Of a DNA stretch of 12,774 nucleotides, positions 6,948 through 12,774 are shown one piece after another. The stretch's first letter is position 1. Each line of letters begins with the position of its first letter. Origin of the DNA: Dehalococcoidia bacterium. Its GTDB lineage: Bacteria; Chloroflexota; Dehalococcoidia; Tepidiformales; Tepidiformaceae. The notes under the pieces are model-generated. The model was not told the DNA's origin, made no database searches, and was given only the letters and a program-made list of their open reading frames with translations. The DNA lies in contig JBJXGC010000087.1 in assembly GCA_046154545.1 (NCBI GenBank), positions 1-12,774 on the forward strand, written 5' to 3'. The position numbers and the translations under genes were made by a program.

Positions 6948-7715
6948 GTGGCTGAGGCACACTTCGCCCTCAGCGACCGCGGGCAGCGCCGCGCCACGAA
7001 CCAGGACCGGGCCCTGACGAAGGAGCTCCGGGATGGCTACACCCTCCTTATCGTCGCCGACGGTGTAGGTGGCGCCGCTGGCGGCGAAACGGCCAGCTCG
7101 GAGACCGTGGCCGCGATCGTCACTTCGCTCGAGCAGGAGTGGATCGGCGACCCTGAACGGGCCCTCCTCGATGCCGTCACCGCCGCCAATCAGCGTGTCA
7201 GGGAGATCGCCAGGGCCGACCCCAAGATCGCGAACATGGCAACCACGCTCGTCGCGGCGCTGATGGCCGGGCGCGAAGCATGGATCGTGAGCGTCGGCGA
7301 CAGCCGCGCCTACCTCGCCCGCGATAGCACGCTTGAGGCCCTGACGGAGGACGACAGTTGGGTCGCCGAGCAGTTGCGCGCCGGTATCCTCTCCGAGGCC
7401 GAGGCCGCCAGGAGCCCCTACCAGAACGTTGTCACGAAAGGGATCGGCGTGGAGGAACAGGTCACCCCCCTGGTCATCGGCCGCACACTTCAGCAGGGCG
7501 AAACGCTGCTCCTCTGCTCCGATGGCCTCTACCGCGTCGTCAACGACACCGACATCGCCAGGACCCTTCAAAACCGGACGTTGCGAGTGGCCGGCGAGAT
7601 GCTCGTCAAAATGGCGAACGAGGCGGGGGGCCCGGACAACATCTCCGTCGCGCTCTATCGCCACGCCACTGCGGGGAACGACGATACGACGGTGCGGGCG
7701 GTCATCGGCCGGTAG
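6948..7715 (+). CDS. PP2C-family (PPM) serine/threonine protein phosphatase, soluble
   Basis: Metal-binding motifs: SDRGQRRATNQDRA, LLIVADGVGGAAGGETAS, WIVSVGDSRAYL, LLLCSDGL, GGPDNISVALY. I favour the GTG at 6948 (GGAG at 6934-6937, about 10 nt upstream), which gives VAEAHFALSDRG... as in PstP/Stp1-type enzymes. The ORF track's ATG at 6891 overlaps the upstream stop (TGATG) and would add a basic, Pro-rich 19-aa extension. Confidence 0.8.
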   Translation: MAEAHFALSDRGQRRATNQDRALTKELRDGYTLLIVADGVGGAAGGETASSETVAAIVTSLEQEWIGDPERALLDAVTAANQRVREIARADPKIANMATTLVAALMAGREAWIVSVGDSRAYLARDSTLEALTEDDSWVAEQLRAGILSEAEAARSPYQNVVTKGIGVEEQVTPLVIGRTLQQGETLLLCSDGLYRVVNDTDIARTLQNRTLRVAGEMLVKMANEAGGPDNISVALYRHATAGNDDTTVRAVIGR

Positions 7716-7735
7716 CAGGGGCCGCGCACCGGGCG

Positions 7736-8752
7736 TTATCCCTCCTCGGCTTCGGGGGGGTGCTCTTCCCAAAACACGGGCGTGAGGACCTGGGCGCCGC
7801 GGAAACCTTTTAGCGTCACCTCCCGCCCTTCGCCGAAACGGAATTCGCCCGCCACCGATACCAGTTCACGGAGCAGGGACGAGATCAGGATCTGCCCCCC
7901 ATGGGCCTCTCCCATCACTCGCGCCGCGAAACTCACCGCCGACCCGAAGATGTCGTTCTCGTCCCAGAGGACTTCGCCCACATGGAGGCCCATGCGCACC
8001 CGCACCGGCCCGAAGTCGCTGGTTGCGCCGGCGAGCCGGCGCTGCCCCTGGACGGCGCAGCCGATGGCATCGCGGGCGCTGGCGAACAGCACCAGAAAGC
8101 CATCACCGATCCGCTTCGCCTCGCGGCCGCGGAACTCGCGAAACGCCTCGCGAAGGACAGCGTTGTGGGCGTTGATGACCTGGAACGCATCCCGCTCACC
8201 GAGCTCGTTCACCATCGAGGTAGACCGCTCGATGTCCGTGAACATGATGGTGAGCGTCCCCCCGGGGCCCAGGTCCTGTCCCTGCCAGATGCCGCGCAGG
8301 CCACGTCCCGAGAGCGGGCCCTCGTTCGTGTGTGGGCGGGTGTCGTGGTCGGCCGGGAAAACGACGGTGCCGGCCGCCGACCGATCACCATGCACGTCGA
8401 TCGTGACGTCAGCCACGGCGATGCTGTCACCCGGGTTGAGTGCGGTCGGTGCCGTCACGGGTTGGCCGTTGATCGTGACCGGGTTGCGGCCGCCGAGGTC
8501 GGCAATGCGCCAGCCGCCGTCGCCGTCCGGTTCGACCCGGAAATGGCGGCGCGAGACGTACGGACTCGCGAGCTGGACGTCACAGCCAGCGTCACGCCCG
8601 AAGACCACAGCGCTCGATTCGAGCACGGCGTCGAGGGGCGATTCGCCAGGGATGTTGATAGTGAGCGTCAGTTGCATTTCAGGTGTAGCCGCGACCATAA
8701 GAGGATAGGGAGGGACGCGACCGGCCACAAACGACACTCCTTTGCCTGTCAC
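7736..8752 (-). CDS. FHA-domain-containing class III adenylate/guanylate cyclase
   Basis: 338 aa as tracked; the start may instead be an internal GTG or ATG giving MQLTLTINIPG. N-terminal FHA: VVFGRDAGCDVQLASPYVSRRHFRV...RIADLGGRNPVTINGQPV...LNPGDSI, with the GR, SRxH and NG motifs. C-terminal nucleotide cyclase: TIMFTDIERSTS...EAKRIGDGFLVLFAS...VRMGLHVGEV...DIFGSAVSFAARVMGEAHGGQILIS, with both metal-binding Asp residues, the Lys and the AAR Arg. The usually conserved transition-state Asn of the VN-AAR motif is Ser (VSFAAR). Confidence 0.85.
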   Translation of the reverse strand: MTGKGVSFVAGRVPPYPLMVAATPEMQLTLTINIPGESPLDAVLESSAVVFGRDAGCDVQLASPYVSRRHFRVEPDGDGGWRIADLGGRNPVTINGQPVTAPTALNPGDSIAVADVTIDVHGDRSAAGTVVFPADHDTRPHTNEGPLSGRGLRGIWQGQDLGPGGTLTIMFTDIERSTSMVNELGERDAFQVINAHNAVLREAFREFRGREAKRIGDGFLVLFASARDAIGCAVQGQRRLAGATSDFGPVRVRMGLHVGEVLWDENDIFGSAVSFAARVMGEAHGGQILISSLLRELVSVAGEFRFGEGREVTLKGFRGAQVLTPVFWEEHPPEAEEG

Positions 8753-8918
8753 CCCTGGCGCGGATTGGGGCCGTTGGCACGCAACGGTTCACGGTTCAGA
8801 CGGTAAGTAGGCGGCGGCGCAGGATGTCCGTTTTCGCGTCCCCCTTTGAGCCTTTCGAACCGTTGCCTCTCAACCTGCGGCTTGCTGAGCGCCCGTTCGT
8901 TATGCTCTCACCGGCATA

Positions 8919-8949
8919 TTGCAGCCCCACCGTGACACCCTAAGATTAT
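8919..8949 (+). promoter_or_regulatory. Candidate promoter for the AOR gene: -35 TTGCAG (8919-8924), 16-bp spacer, -10 TAAGAT (8941-8946). Alternatively GATTAT at 8944-8949.
   Basis: Hexamer-like elements read from the sequence about 45 nt upstream of the RBS and ATG. This is purely sequence-based. Confidence 0.25.
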
Positions 8950-8993
8950 CCCTCATACCCGGGCCACCACACCCGGCTGAAGGAGTGTGCTCA

Positions 8994-10862
8994 ATGGCGG
9001 ATGCCGTCGCGGAAAAAGGTTATACCGGCAAGATGCTCAACGTGAACCTCACCACCGGTGAGATCACGGTGGAGCGGCCGGACGATTCGCTCTACCGCCA
9101 GTACCTCGGCGGCTACGGGATCGGCGCCCGGATGCTCTGGGACCGCGTGCCCAAGGGCGCCGACGCGCTGGGGCCCGACAACATGCTCGGCATGTTCCCG
9201 GGGCTGCTCACGGGGACGCCCCTGTTCGGCCAGCGCTGGCAAGTCGTCTGCAAGAGCCCGCTGACCGGCGGCTGGGGCGACGCCAACTGCGGCGGCGACT
9301 TCGGCGGCCAGCTCAAGCTCGCCGGCTGGGACGGCATCATGTTCTTCGGCAAAGCCGCCACCCCGAAGTACCTCGTCATCGACAACGATAAGTTCGAACT
9401 CAAGGACGCGGGCGACCAGTGGGGCCAGCTCGCCATCCAGAACGAATCCATGCTCAAGCAGCGCCACGGCAAGAAGGCGAGCGTCGCCAACATCGGCCCT
9501 GCGGCTGAGAAGCTCTCCCTGATCACCGGCGTCTGCAACGACCATGGCCGCCTTGCAGCCCGCTCGGGCGTCGGCGCCGTCATGGGCTCGAAGAACCTGA
9601 AGAGCGTCGTCGTCCTCGCCGACCGCAAGATCATCGCCCAGACACCGGAGACCATCAAGATGCTCCGGGCCAACCTGGACGACTTCGTCAAGCCCCTGAA
9701 GGACTTCTTCCACACCTTCGGCACCACCGGCATCACGGCCGCCAGCGCCCTCAACGGCGACTCGCCCGTGAAGAACTGGGGCGGCGTCGGCATTATCGAT
9801 TTCCCGGACGCCCCGAAGATCGACGGCGGCTCGACGATCAACCCGAAGATGGTGAAGAGCTACGGCTGTTGGCACTGCCCGATGGCCTGTGGCGCCGAGT
9901 CGGTCGAGAGCACGAACGAGAAGTACCCATACCCGCTCCACACCCATCGTCCCGAGTACGAAGCCATGGGCGCCTTCGGCACCATGAACCTCATGGCCGA
10001 CCCTGACGCCCTGATCTACGCCAACCACCTCTGCAACGAGTACGGCTTCGACGTGATCAGCGCCGGCGTCGCCATCTCCATGGCGATCGAGTGCTACCAG
10101 GCGGGCATCATCACCCGCGAGGACACCGACGGGCTGGAACTCGACTGGCGCAACGACGAAGCCATCATCGCCATGCTCAACCTCATGGGAGAGCGCAAAG
10201 GCATCGGCGACATCTTCGCCGACGGCGTGAAGGTCGCTGCCGAGAAGCTTGGCCGTGGCGCCGACAAGTTCGCCATGCACATCGGCGGCCAGGAGCTGCC
10301 GATGCACGACCCGAAGCTCCAGCCGGAGTACCACACCACCTACAAGATCGACCCGACCCCGGGCCGGCACACCCAGTACGAAGGAAACAAGCGCCTGGGC
10401 AAGATCCCGCCGGCGCCCAAGGACTTCAAGGACTACGCGAACCGCGGCGAGCACCACAAGGGCGCCAGCGAATATATGCACGTCGTCAACTCGGGTGGTA
10501 TGTGCCAGTTCATCATGATGGCCGCGAACACGGCCAACATGCCGAGCTGGTTCAACGCCGTCACGGGCTGGGACATGGGCGTCGATGAGATGCTCGAAGT
10601 GGGCGAACGCATCGGCAACCTCCGCATGGCCTACGAAGTGCGCGAGGGCGGCAACCCCCGCAAGCGCGCCGTCCCCACCCGTGTCACGGGCGAGACCACG
10701 GAAGGGACCCACGCGGGCCCGCTCCTGGGCGTCAAGCTCGACACGGAACTGCTCGAGACCGACTACCTCAAGGCCTGCGATTGGGACACGGAGACGTGCG
10801 TCCCTTCAGCCGCGAAGCTGAACAGCCTTGGCCTGAAGGAAGTCGCGCTGGCGCTCCACTAA
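8994..10862 (+). CDS. Aldehyde:ferredoxin oxidoreductase family protein (tungsten/molybdenum-pterin and [4Fe-4S]; AFOR_N + AFOR_C)
   Basis: AAGGAG at 8981-8986 lies 7 nt upstream of ATG 8994. The 622-aa product has the AOR N-terminus GKMLNVNLTTGEITVERP...YLGGYGIGARMLW...LGPDNMLGMFPGLLTGT...KSPLTGGWGDANCGGDFGGQLKLAGWDGIMFFGKA. It has the cluster-ligand motif CWHCPMAC (C-x2-C-x3-C) plus a downstream GGMCQF Cys. The track's TTG 8919 start adds 25 non-protein-like residues. Confidence 0.9.
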   Translation: MADAVAEKGYTGKMLNVNLTTGEITVERPDDSLYRQYLGGYGIGARMLWDRVPKGADALGPDNMLGMFPGLLTGTPLFGQRWQVVCKSPLTGGWGDANCGGDFGGQLKLAGWDGIMFFGKAATPKYLVIDNDKFELKDAGDQWGQLAIQNESMLKQRHGKKASVANIGPAAEKLSLITGVCNDHGRLAARSGVGAVMGSKNLKSVVVLADRKIIAQTPETIKMLRANLDDFVKPLKDFFHTFGTTGITAASALNGDSPVKNWGGVGIIDFPDAPKIDGGSTINPKMVKSYGCWHCPMACGAESVESTNEKYPYPLHTHRPEYEAMGAFGTMNLMADPDALIYANHLCNEYGFDVISAGVAISMAIECYQAGIITREDTDGLELDWRNDEAIIAMLNLMGERKGIGDIFADGVKVAAEKLGRGADKFAMHIGGQELPMHDPKLQPEYHTTYKIDPTPGRHTQYEGNKRLGKIPPAPKDFKDYANRGEHHKGASEYMHVVNSGGMCQFIMMAANTANMPSWFNAVTGWDMGVDEMLEVGERIGNLRMAYEVREGGNPRKRAVPTRVTGETTEGTHAGPLLGVKLDTELLETDYLKACDWDTETCVPSAAKLNSLGLKEVALALH

Positions 10863-10884
10863 GCCAGCAACCAGCACCACGAAA

Positions 10885-10912
10885 GAGAGGGGCCGCATCT
10901 GCGGCCCCTCTC
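10885..10912. terminator. Perfect 12-bp-stem hairpin GAGAGGGGCCGC-ATCT-GCGGCCCCTCTC between the convergent AOR and small-protein genes. A short TTT follows on the minus-strand transcript.
   Basis: Exact inverted repeat read from the sequence. It lies immediately 3' of both convergent CDSs. The U-tract is weak (3 U on the minus-strand read, none on the plus). Confidence 0.55.
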
Positions 10913-10935
10913 GTCGTCCAGGGCGTCAGGATCTT

Positions 10936-11320
10936 CTACGCAGCAAATATCGCCGCCACCGTCTTGAGAGCAGTGGCGACAGCCGGAGCGTGTGGCAGAA
11001 GCGCCTTGAACTCCTCCCAGATCGCTCTGAGCACGGCCCGTTTCCGGCCCGGCTTGCCCGCCTCTTCCGTGAACGTTGTCAGAAGTTCCGCCGCGTCGCG
11101 ATTCGGATGCCGCGACAGGTGGGCCGCAAGCTCGAGGAGCGCCGCCTGGACAGCCGGTCCGTGCAGCTCCCCGACGGCTGTCAACGCGGCGGGCGAGAGG
11201 ACGCTGTCCACGTTCACCTGCCTGACGTGCCCCACACTGCCGCTGCCAACATTGGCACCGGGAGAATTCTGGATGGTGACCGGCGCATTTACATTCGTTA
11301 CCCGGTTCACATGTGCCATG
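10936..11320 (-). CDS. Hypothetical small protein (128 aa): an Asn/Gly-rich N-terminal tail followed by a predicted helical domain
   Basis: AGGAG lies 8 nt upstream of the ATG at 11318-11320 (CAT on the plus strand). The product reads MAHVNRVTNVNAPVTIQNSPGANVGSGSVGHVRQVNVD...LLELAAHLSRHPNRDAAELLTTFTEEAGKPGRKRAVLRAIWEEFKALL.... Codons are less GC-biased than in the neighbours. The opposing plus-strand ORF (10781-11686) translates to an R/S/C-rich non-protein-like string. I recognise no family. Confidence 0.5.
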
Positions 11321-11353
11321 CGGTATGCTCCTGACGTGGCCGTTGATGGAGAT

Positions 11354-11860
11354 TCACCCTGCTCGACCACTTCCAACATTGGCGCCAGCCGAATTCGAAA
11401 CCGTCACCGGGGCGTTAATGTTCGTCACGTACTTTTCGCCATTTTTGACGTTAATGGTCACCTTTCCGGCGTAATCCCTCGACCGCATCACCGTTCCCAG
11501 TTCGTTGATAATTGCATCGACGATCTGTTCGTCCGTAGCGACTCCCACTTTTCCCGTGCCAGAATTCGTTTCAATTCTGACCGCGTACCTCTTGCGGCGG
11601 AGGAGCGCAGCAACGAGGAGGAGTACGAACAGAAAGCCTACCCCTGCCGCCCCGATAATCGGTGCAGCTATCTCTTCAGTCGCTGAGGGCACGTACACGG
11701 CCGCGCCCACCACCAAGAGCATCAGGACGTACAACCAGAGGTTGTTCCGGCGCACCCGGTACTTGCTTATGCTCGTCAAGTTCGCGACCTGGAAGATCTG
11801 ATGACCCCAGACCATCACGTTGTTCTCGATGCTGATAACGCCGTCATCGCGGTCGGCCAT
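11354..11860 (-). CDS. Hypothetical membrane protein (168 aa): short N-terminal domain, two TM helices, and a C-terminal domain ending in the same Asn/Gly-rich motif
   Basis: ATG at 11858-11860 with a GAGGGTGG SD-like sequence upstream. The product reads MADRDDGVISIENNVMVWGHQIFQVANLTSISKYRVRRNN. Two hydrophobic spans follow (LWLYVLMLLVVGAAVYV; IIGAAGVGFLFVLLLVAALL) and then RRKRY. The remainder is ...KVTINVKNGEKYVTNINAPVTVSNSAGANVGSGRAG. The region 11380-11700 is visibly lower in GC than the rest of the window. Confidence 0.6.
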   Translation of the reverse strand: MADRDDGVISIENNVMVWGHQIFQVANLTSISKYRVRRNNLWLYVLMLLVVGAAVYVPSATEEIAAPIIGAAGVGFLFVLLLVAALLRRKRYAVRIETNSGTGKVGVATDEQIVDAIINELGTVMRSRDYAGKVTINVKNGEKYVTNINAPVTVSNSAGANVGSGRAG

Positions 11861-12007
11861 AGAGTGCCACCCTCAACGCGCCTCCAGCCTTAGCGAGGCC
11901 CAGGTGCTTGAGCACGTTGCAGCCGCCAGTTTGGCCCGCACGCGCGCAGATGTCTATGGCGCATATCACACATCCCTGCGCACGTGCGTGGCGGTAGCCT
12001 CCCGAAC

Positions 12008-12352
12008 CTACGTCCTCTCCAGCCACGGGAACGCCGGCGGCGGGCCGGACACGTCCCAATCGGCGTAGGTCTCGACCTCCGTGTGGGCGACGAGCGGCGG
12101 ACGTTCGGCGATCAGTTCGCGGCCAGGCCCGTCGGCATAGAGCCGTTGGAACTCGTCACGCATCTCCGCTTCCGTTTCGTGGATGGTGAGCCAGATGCCG
12201 GCATCCTCGCCCGCAGCGTTCGTGGCCGCATATGGCCCCCCGGCGCGGCGGACGCCAGCCGCGTCCCAGAGGTCGAGGATGCGCTTCGCCCAGGCCCAGT
12301 AGGCGTCGGTCATTCCCGGGGCAATCGTGGCCCGCACAACGCGCAGGTACAC
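12008..12352 (-). CDS. Small alpha+beta-barrel protein, probably an antibiotic-biosynthesis-monooxygenase (ABM) / Dabb-like fold
   Basis: 114 aa. The GTG start abuts the cupin stop codon (…GTGGAG TAG GTG TAC…). YLRVVRATIAPGMTDAY...GIWLTIHETEAEMRDEF...LVAHTEVETY fits the ferredoxin-like ABM pattern. The assignment is by pattern only. My nucleotide count near 12007-12010 is off by one relative to the ORF track; I report the track coordinates. Confidence 0.45.
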   Translation of the reverse strand: MYLRVVRATIAPGMTDAYWAWAKRILDLWDAAGVRRAGGPYAATNAAGEDAGIWLTIHETEAEMRDEFQRLYADGPGRELIAERPPLVAHTEVETYADWDVSGPPPAFPWLERT

Positions 12353-12709
12353 CTACTCCACCACGTCTGTCTTGCAGGGCGGCAGGATGCTGAGGTGGGC
12401 CATGTCCTTGCCCGGCTGAGCCCCGTGCCAGTGCACCGTCCCAGCGGCGACGTGGACGATATCCCCGGCGGTTACCTGGTTCTCGACGGTGTCATCGGCG
12501 ACGATGCCGTGGCCTTCCGTTATGTAGAGAATCTGGTCAGCCGTGTGGGTGTGGCGCTTGTTCTTGCCGCCCGCGACAAAGCGGACGAGGGTCACGGTCA
12601 CGGCCGGGCTCACCTCGGCGGTGACGAGCGGCCGGGAGCGGACATCCCCAATGAAGATCGGGGCGGTGGCCGGCTTCTCCTGGGAATCATCTTTTCGTGC
12701 GACGTGCAT
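12353..12709 (-). CDS. Cupin-domain (cupin_2) protein
   Basis: 118 aa. Strong SD: AAGGAGGAG lies 7 nt upstream of the ATG at 12707-12709. Cupin motif 1 is G(X)5HXH(X)3E...G, here GGKNKRHTHTADQILYITEGHG. Motif 2 is G(X)5P/AXG(X)2H, here AGDIVHVAAGTVHWHGA. Confidence 0.8.
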   Translation of the reverse strand: MHVARKDDSQEKPATAPIFIGDVRSRPLVTAEVSPAVTVTLVRFVAGGKNKRHTHTADQILYITEGHGIVADDTVENQVTAGDIVHVAAGTVHWHGAQPGKDMAHLSILPPCKTDVVE

Positions 12710-12774
12710 GGCGGTACTCCTCCTTCGATGTGGAGCGAGAGCATACCCGGTTGGGCCGCCCGGCCGTATCCTTC

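Noticed and set aside
6924-8806. ORFs 6924-7772(-), 7782-8708(+), 7901-8806(+), 7358-7813(+)
   Set aside because: They are shadow frames of the PP2C and FHA-cyclase genes. The true genes carry clear catalytic motifs and these frames do not.
8919-8993. TTG 8919 start for the AOR gene, and a possible Moco/Tuco riboswitch in its leader
   Set aside because: The 25-aa extension is not protein-like, and ATG 8994 has an AAGGAG RBS. If the promoter sits at about 8919-8946, the leader is only about 45 nt, too short for the ~140-nt Moco RNA motif. I could not recognise its conserved elements by eye.
8991-10712. 573-aa minus-strand ORF and other frames inside the AOR gene
   Set aside because: They are antisense to a CDS with unmistakable AOR-family motifs. 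The translation is Ala/Gly/Val/Arg-rich filler.
11354-11379. Possible frameshift joining ORF 11354-11860 to ORF 10936-11379 (26-nt overlap in the track)
   Set aside because: The downstream gene has its own AGGAG-ATG start at 11320, so the real gap is 33 bp. The shared motif is a duplicated copy with about 70% DNA identity, not a continuation of one frame.
10781-11686. 301-aa plus-strand ORF spanning the small-gene region
   Set aside because: The translation is Arg/Ser/Cys-rich and unprotein-like. The minus-strand alternatives have SD-ATG starts, TM helices and the shared motif.
11820-12068. ORFs 11820-12068(+) and 11844-12059(-) in the gap between the ABM-like and 2-TM genes
   Set aside because: They are short, have no RBS, and their composition is non-protein-like. 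I treat the region as a regulatory intergenic spacer.
1-12774. Search for tRNA, rRNA, CRISPR arrays, insertion sequences and integrase or transposase genes
   Set aside because: I found no cloverleaf-compatible segments, no regularly spaced direct repeats with spacers, and no terminal inverted repeats bracketing a transposase-like ORF. The only tandem repeat, with a 222-bp period, is coding and in-frame within the flotillin gene.

Overview
The window is a high-GC (roughly two-thirds GC by eye) bacterial chromosomal segment with strong GGAGG-type ribosome-binding sites and 13 supportable protein-coding genes. I see no rRNA, tRNA, CRISPR array or mobile element. The composition and gene content (F420-type DDN nitroreductase, PP2C/FHA signalling) look like an actinobacterial or Chloroflexi-like organism, but this cannot be proven from here.

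Gene order:
- partial GNAT acetyltransferase (-)
- hybrid PAS-HisKA-HATPase-REC sensor kinase (-)
- TetR regulator (-), divergent from a deazaflavin (F420)-dependent DDN-family nitroreductase (+)
- a 680-aa flotillin/SPFH membrane protein (-) carrying an internal insertion of 3-4 tandem 74-aa (222-bp) repeats
- ketopantoate-reductase-family oxidoreductase (+), then a PP2C Ser/Thr phosphatase (+)
- convergent FHA-domain class III nucleotide cyclase (-)
- solitary tungsten/molybdenum-type aldehyde:ferredoxin oxidoreductase (+), ending at a perfect 12-bp-stem hairpin
- a four-gene minus-strand cluster: cupin, then a small alpha+beta-barrel protein of ABM/Dabb type (antibiotic-biosynthesis-monooxygenase / stress-responsive 'Dabb' barrel folds), then a two-TM protein, then a small helical protein. 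The last two lie in a lower-GC islet and share a duplicated ~20-aa Asn/Gly-rich motif.

Most worth a second look: the repeat-expanded flotillin, which has an architecture loosely like a vault protein (beta-repeats, then an SPFH fold, then a coiled coil), and the uncharacterised two-gene pair with the shared motif. The long plus-strand ORFs in the supplied track that run antisense to these genes are high-GC artefacts.
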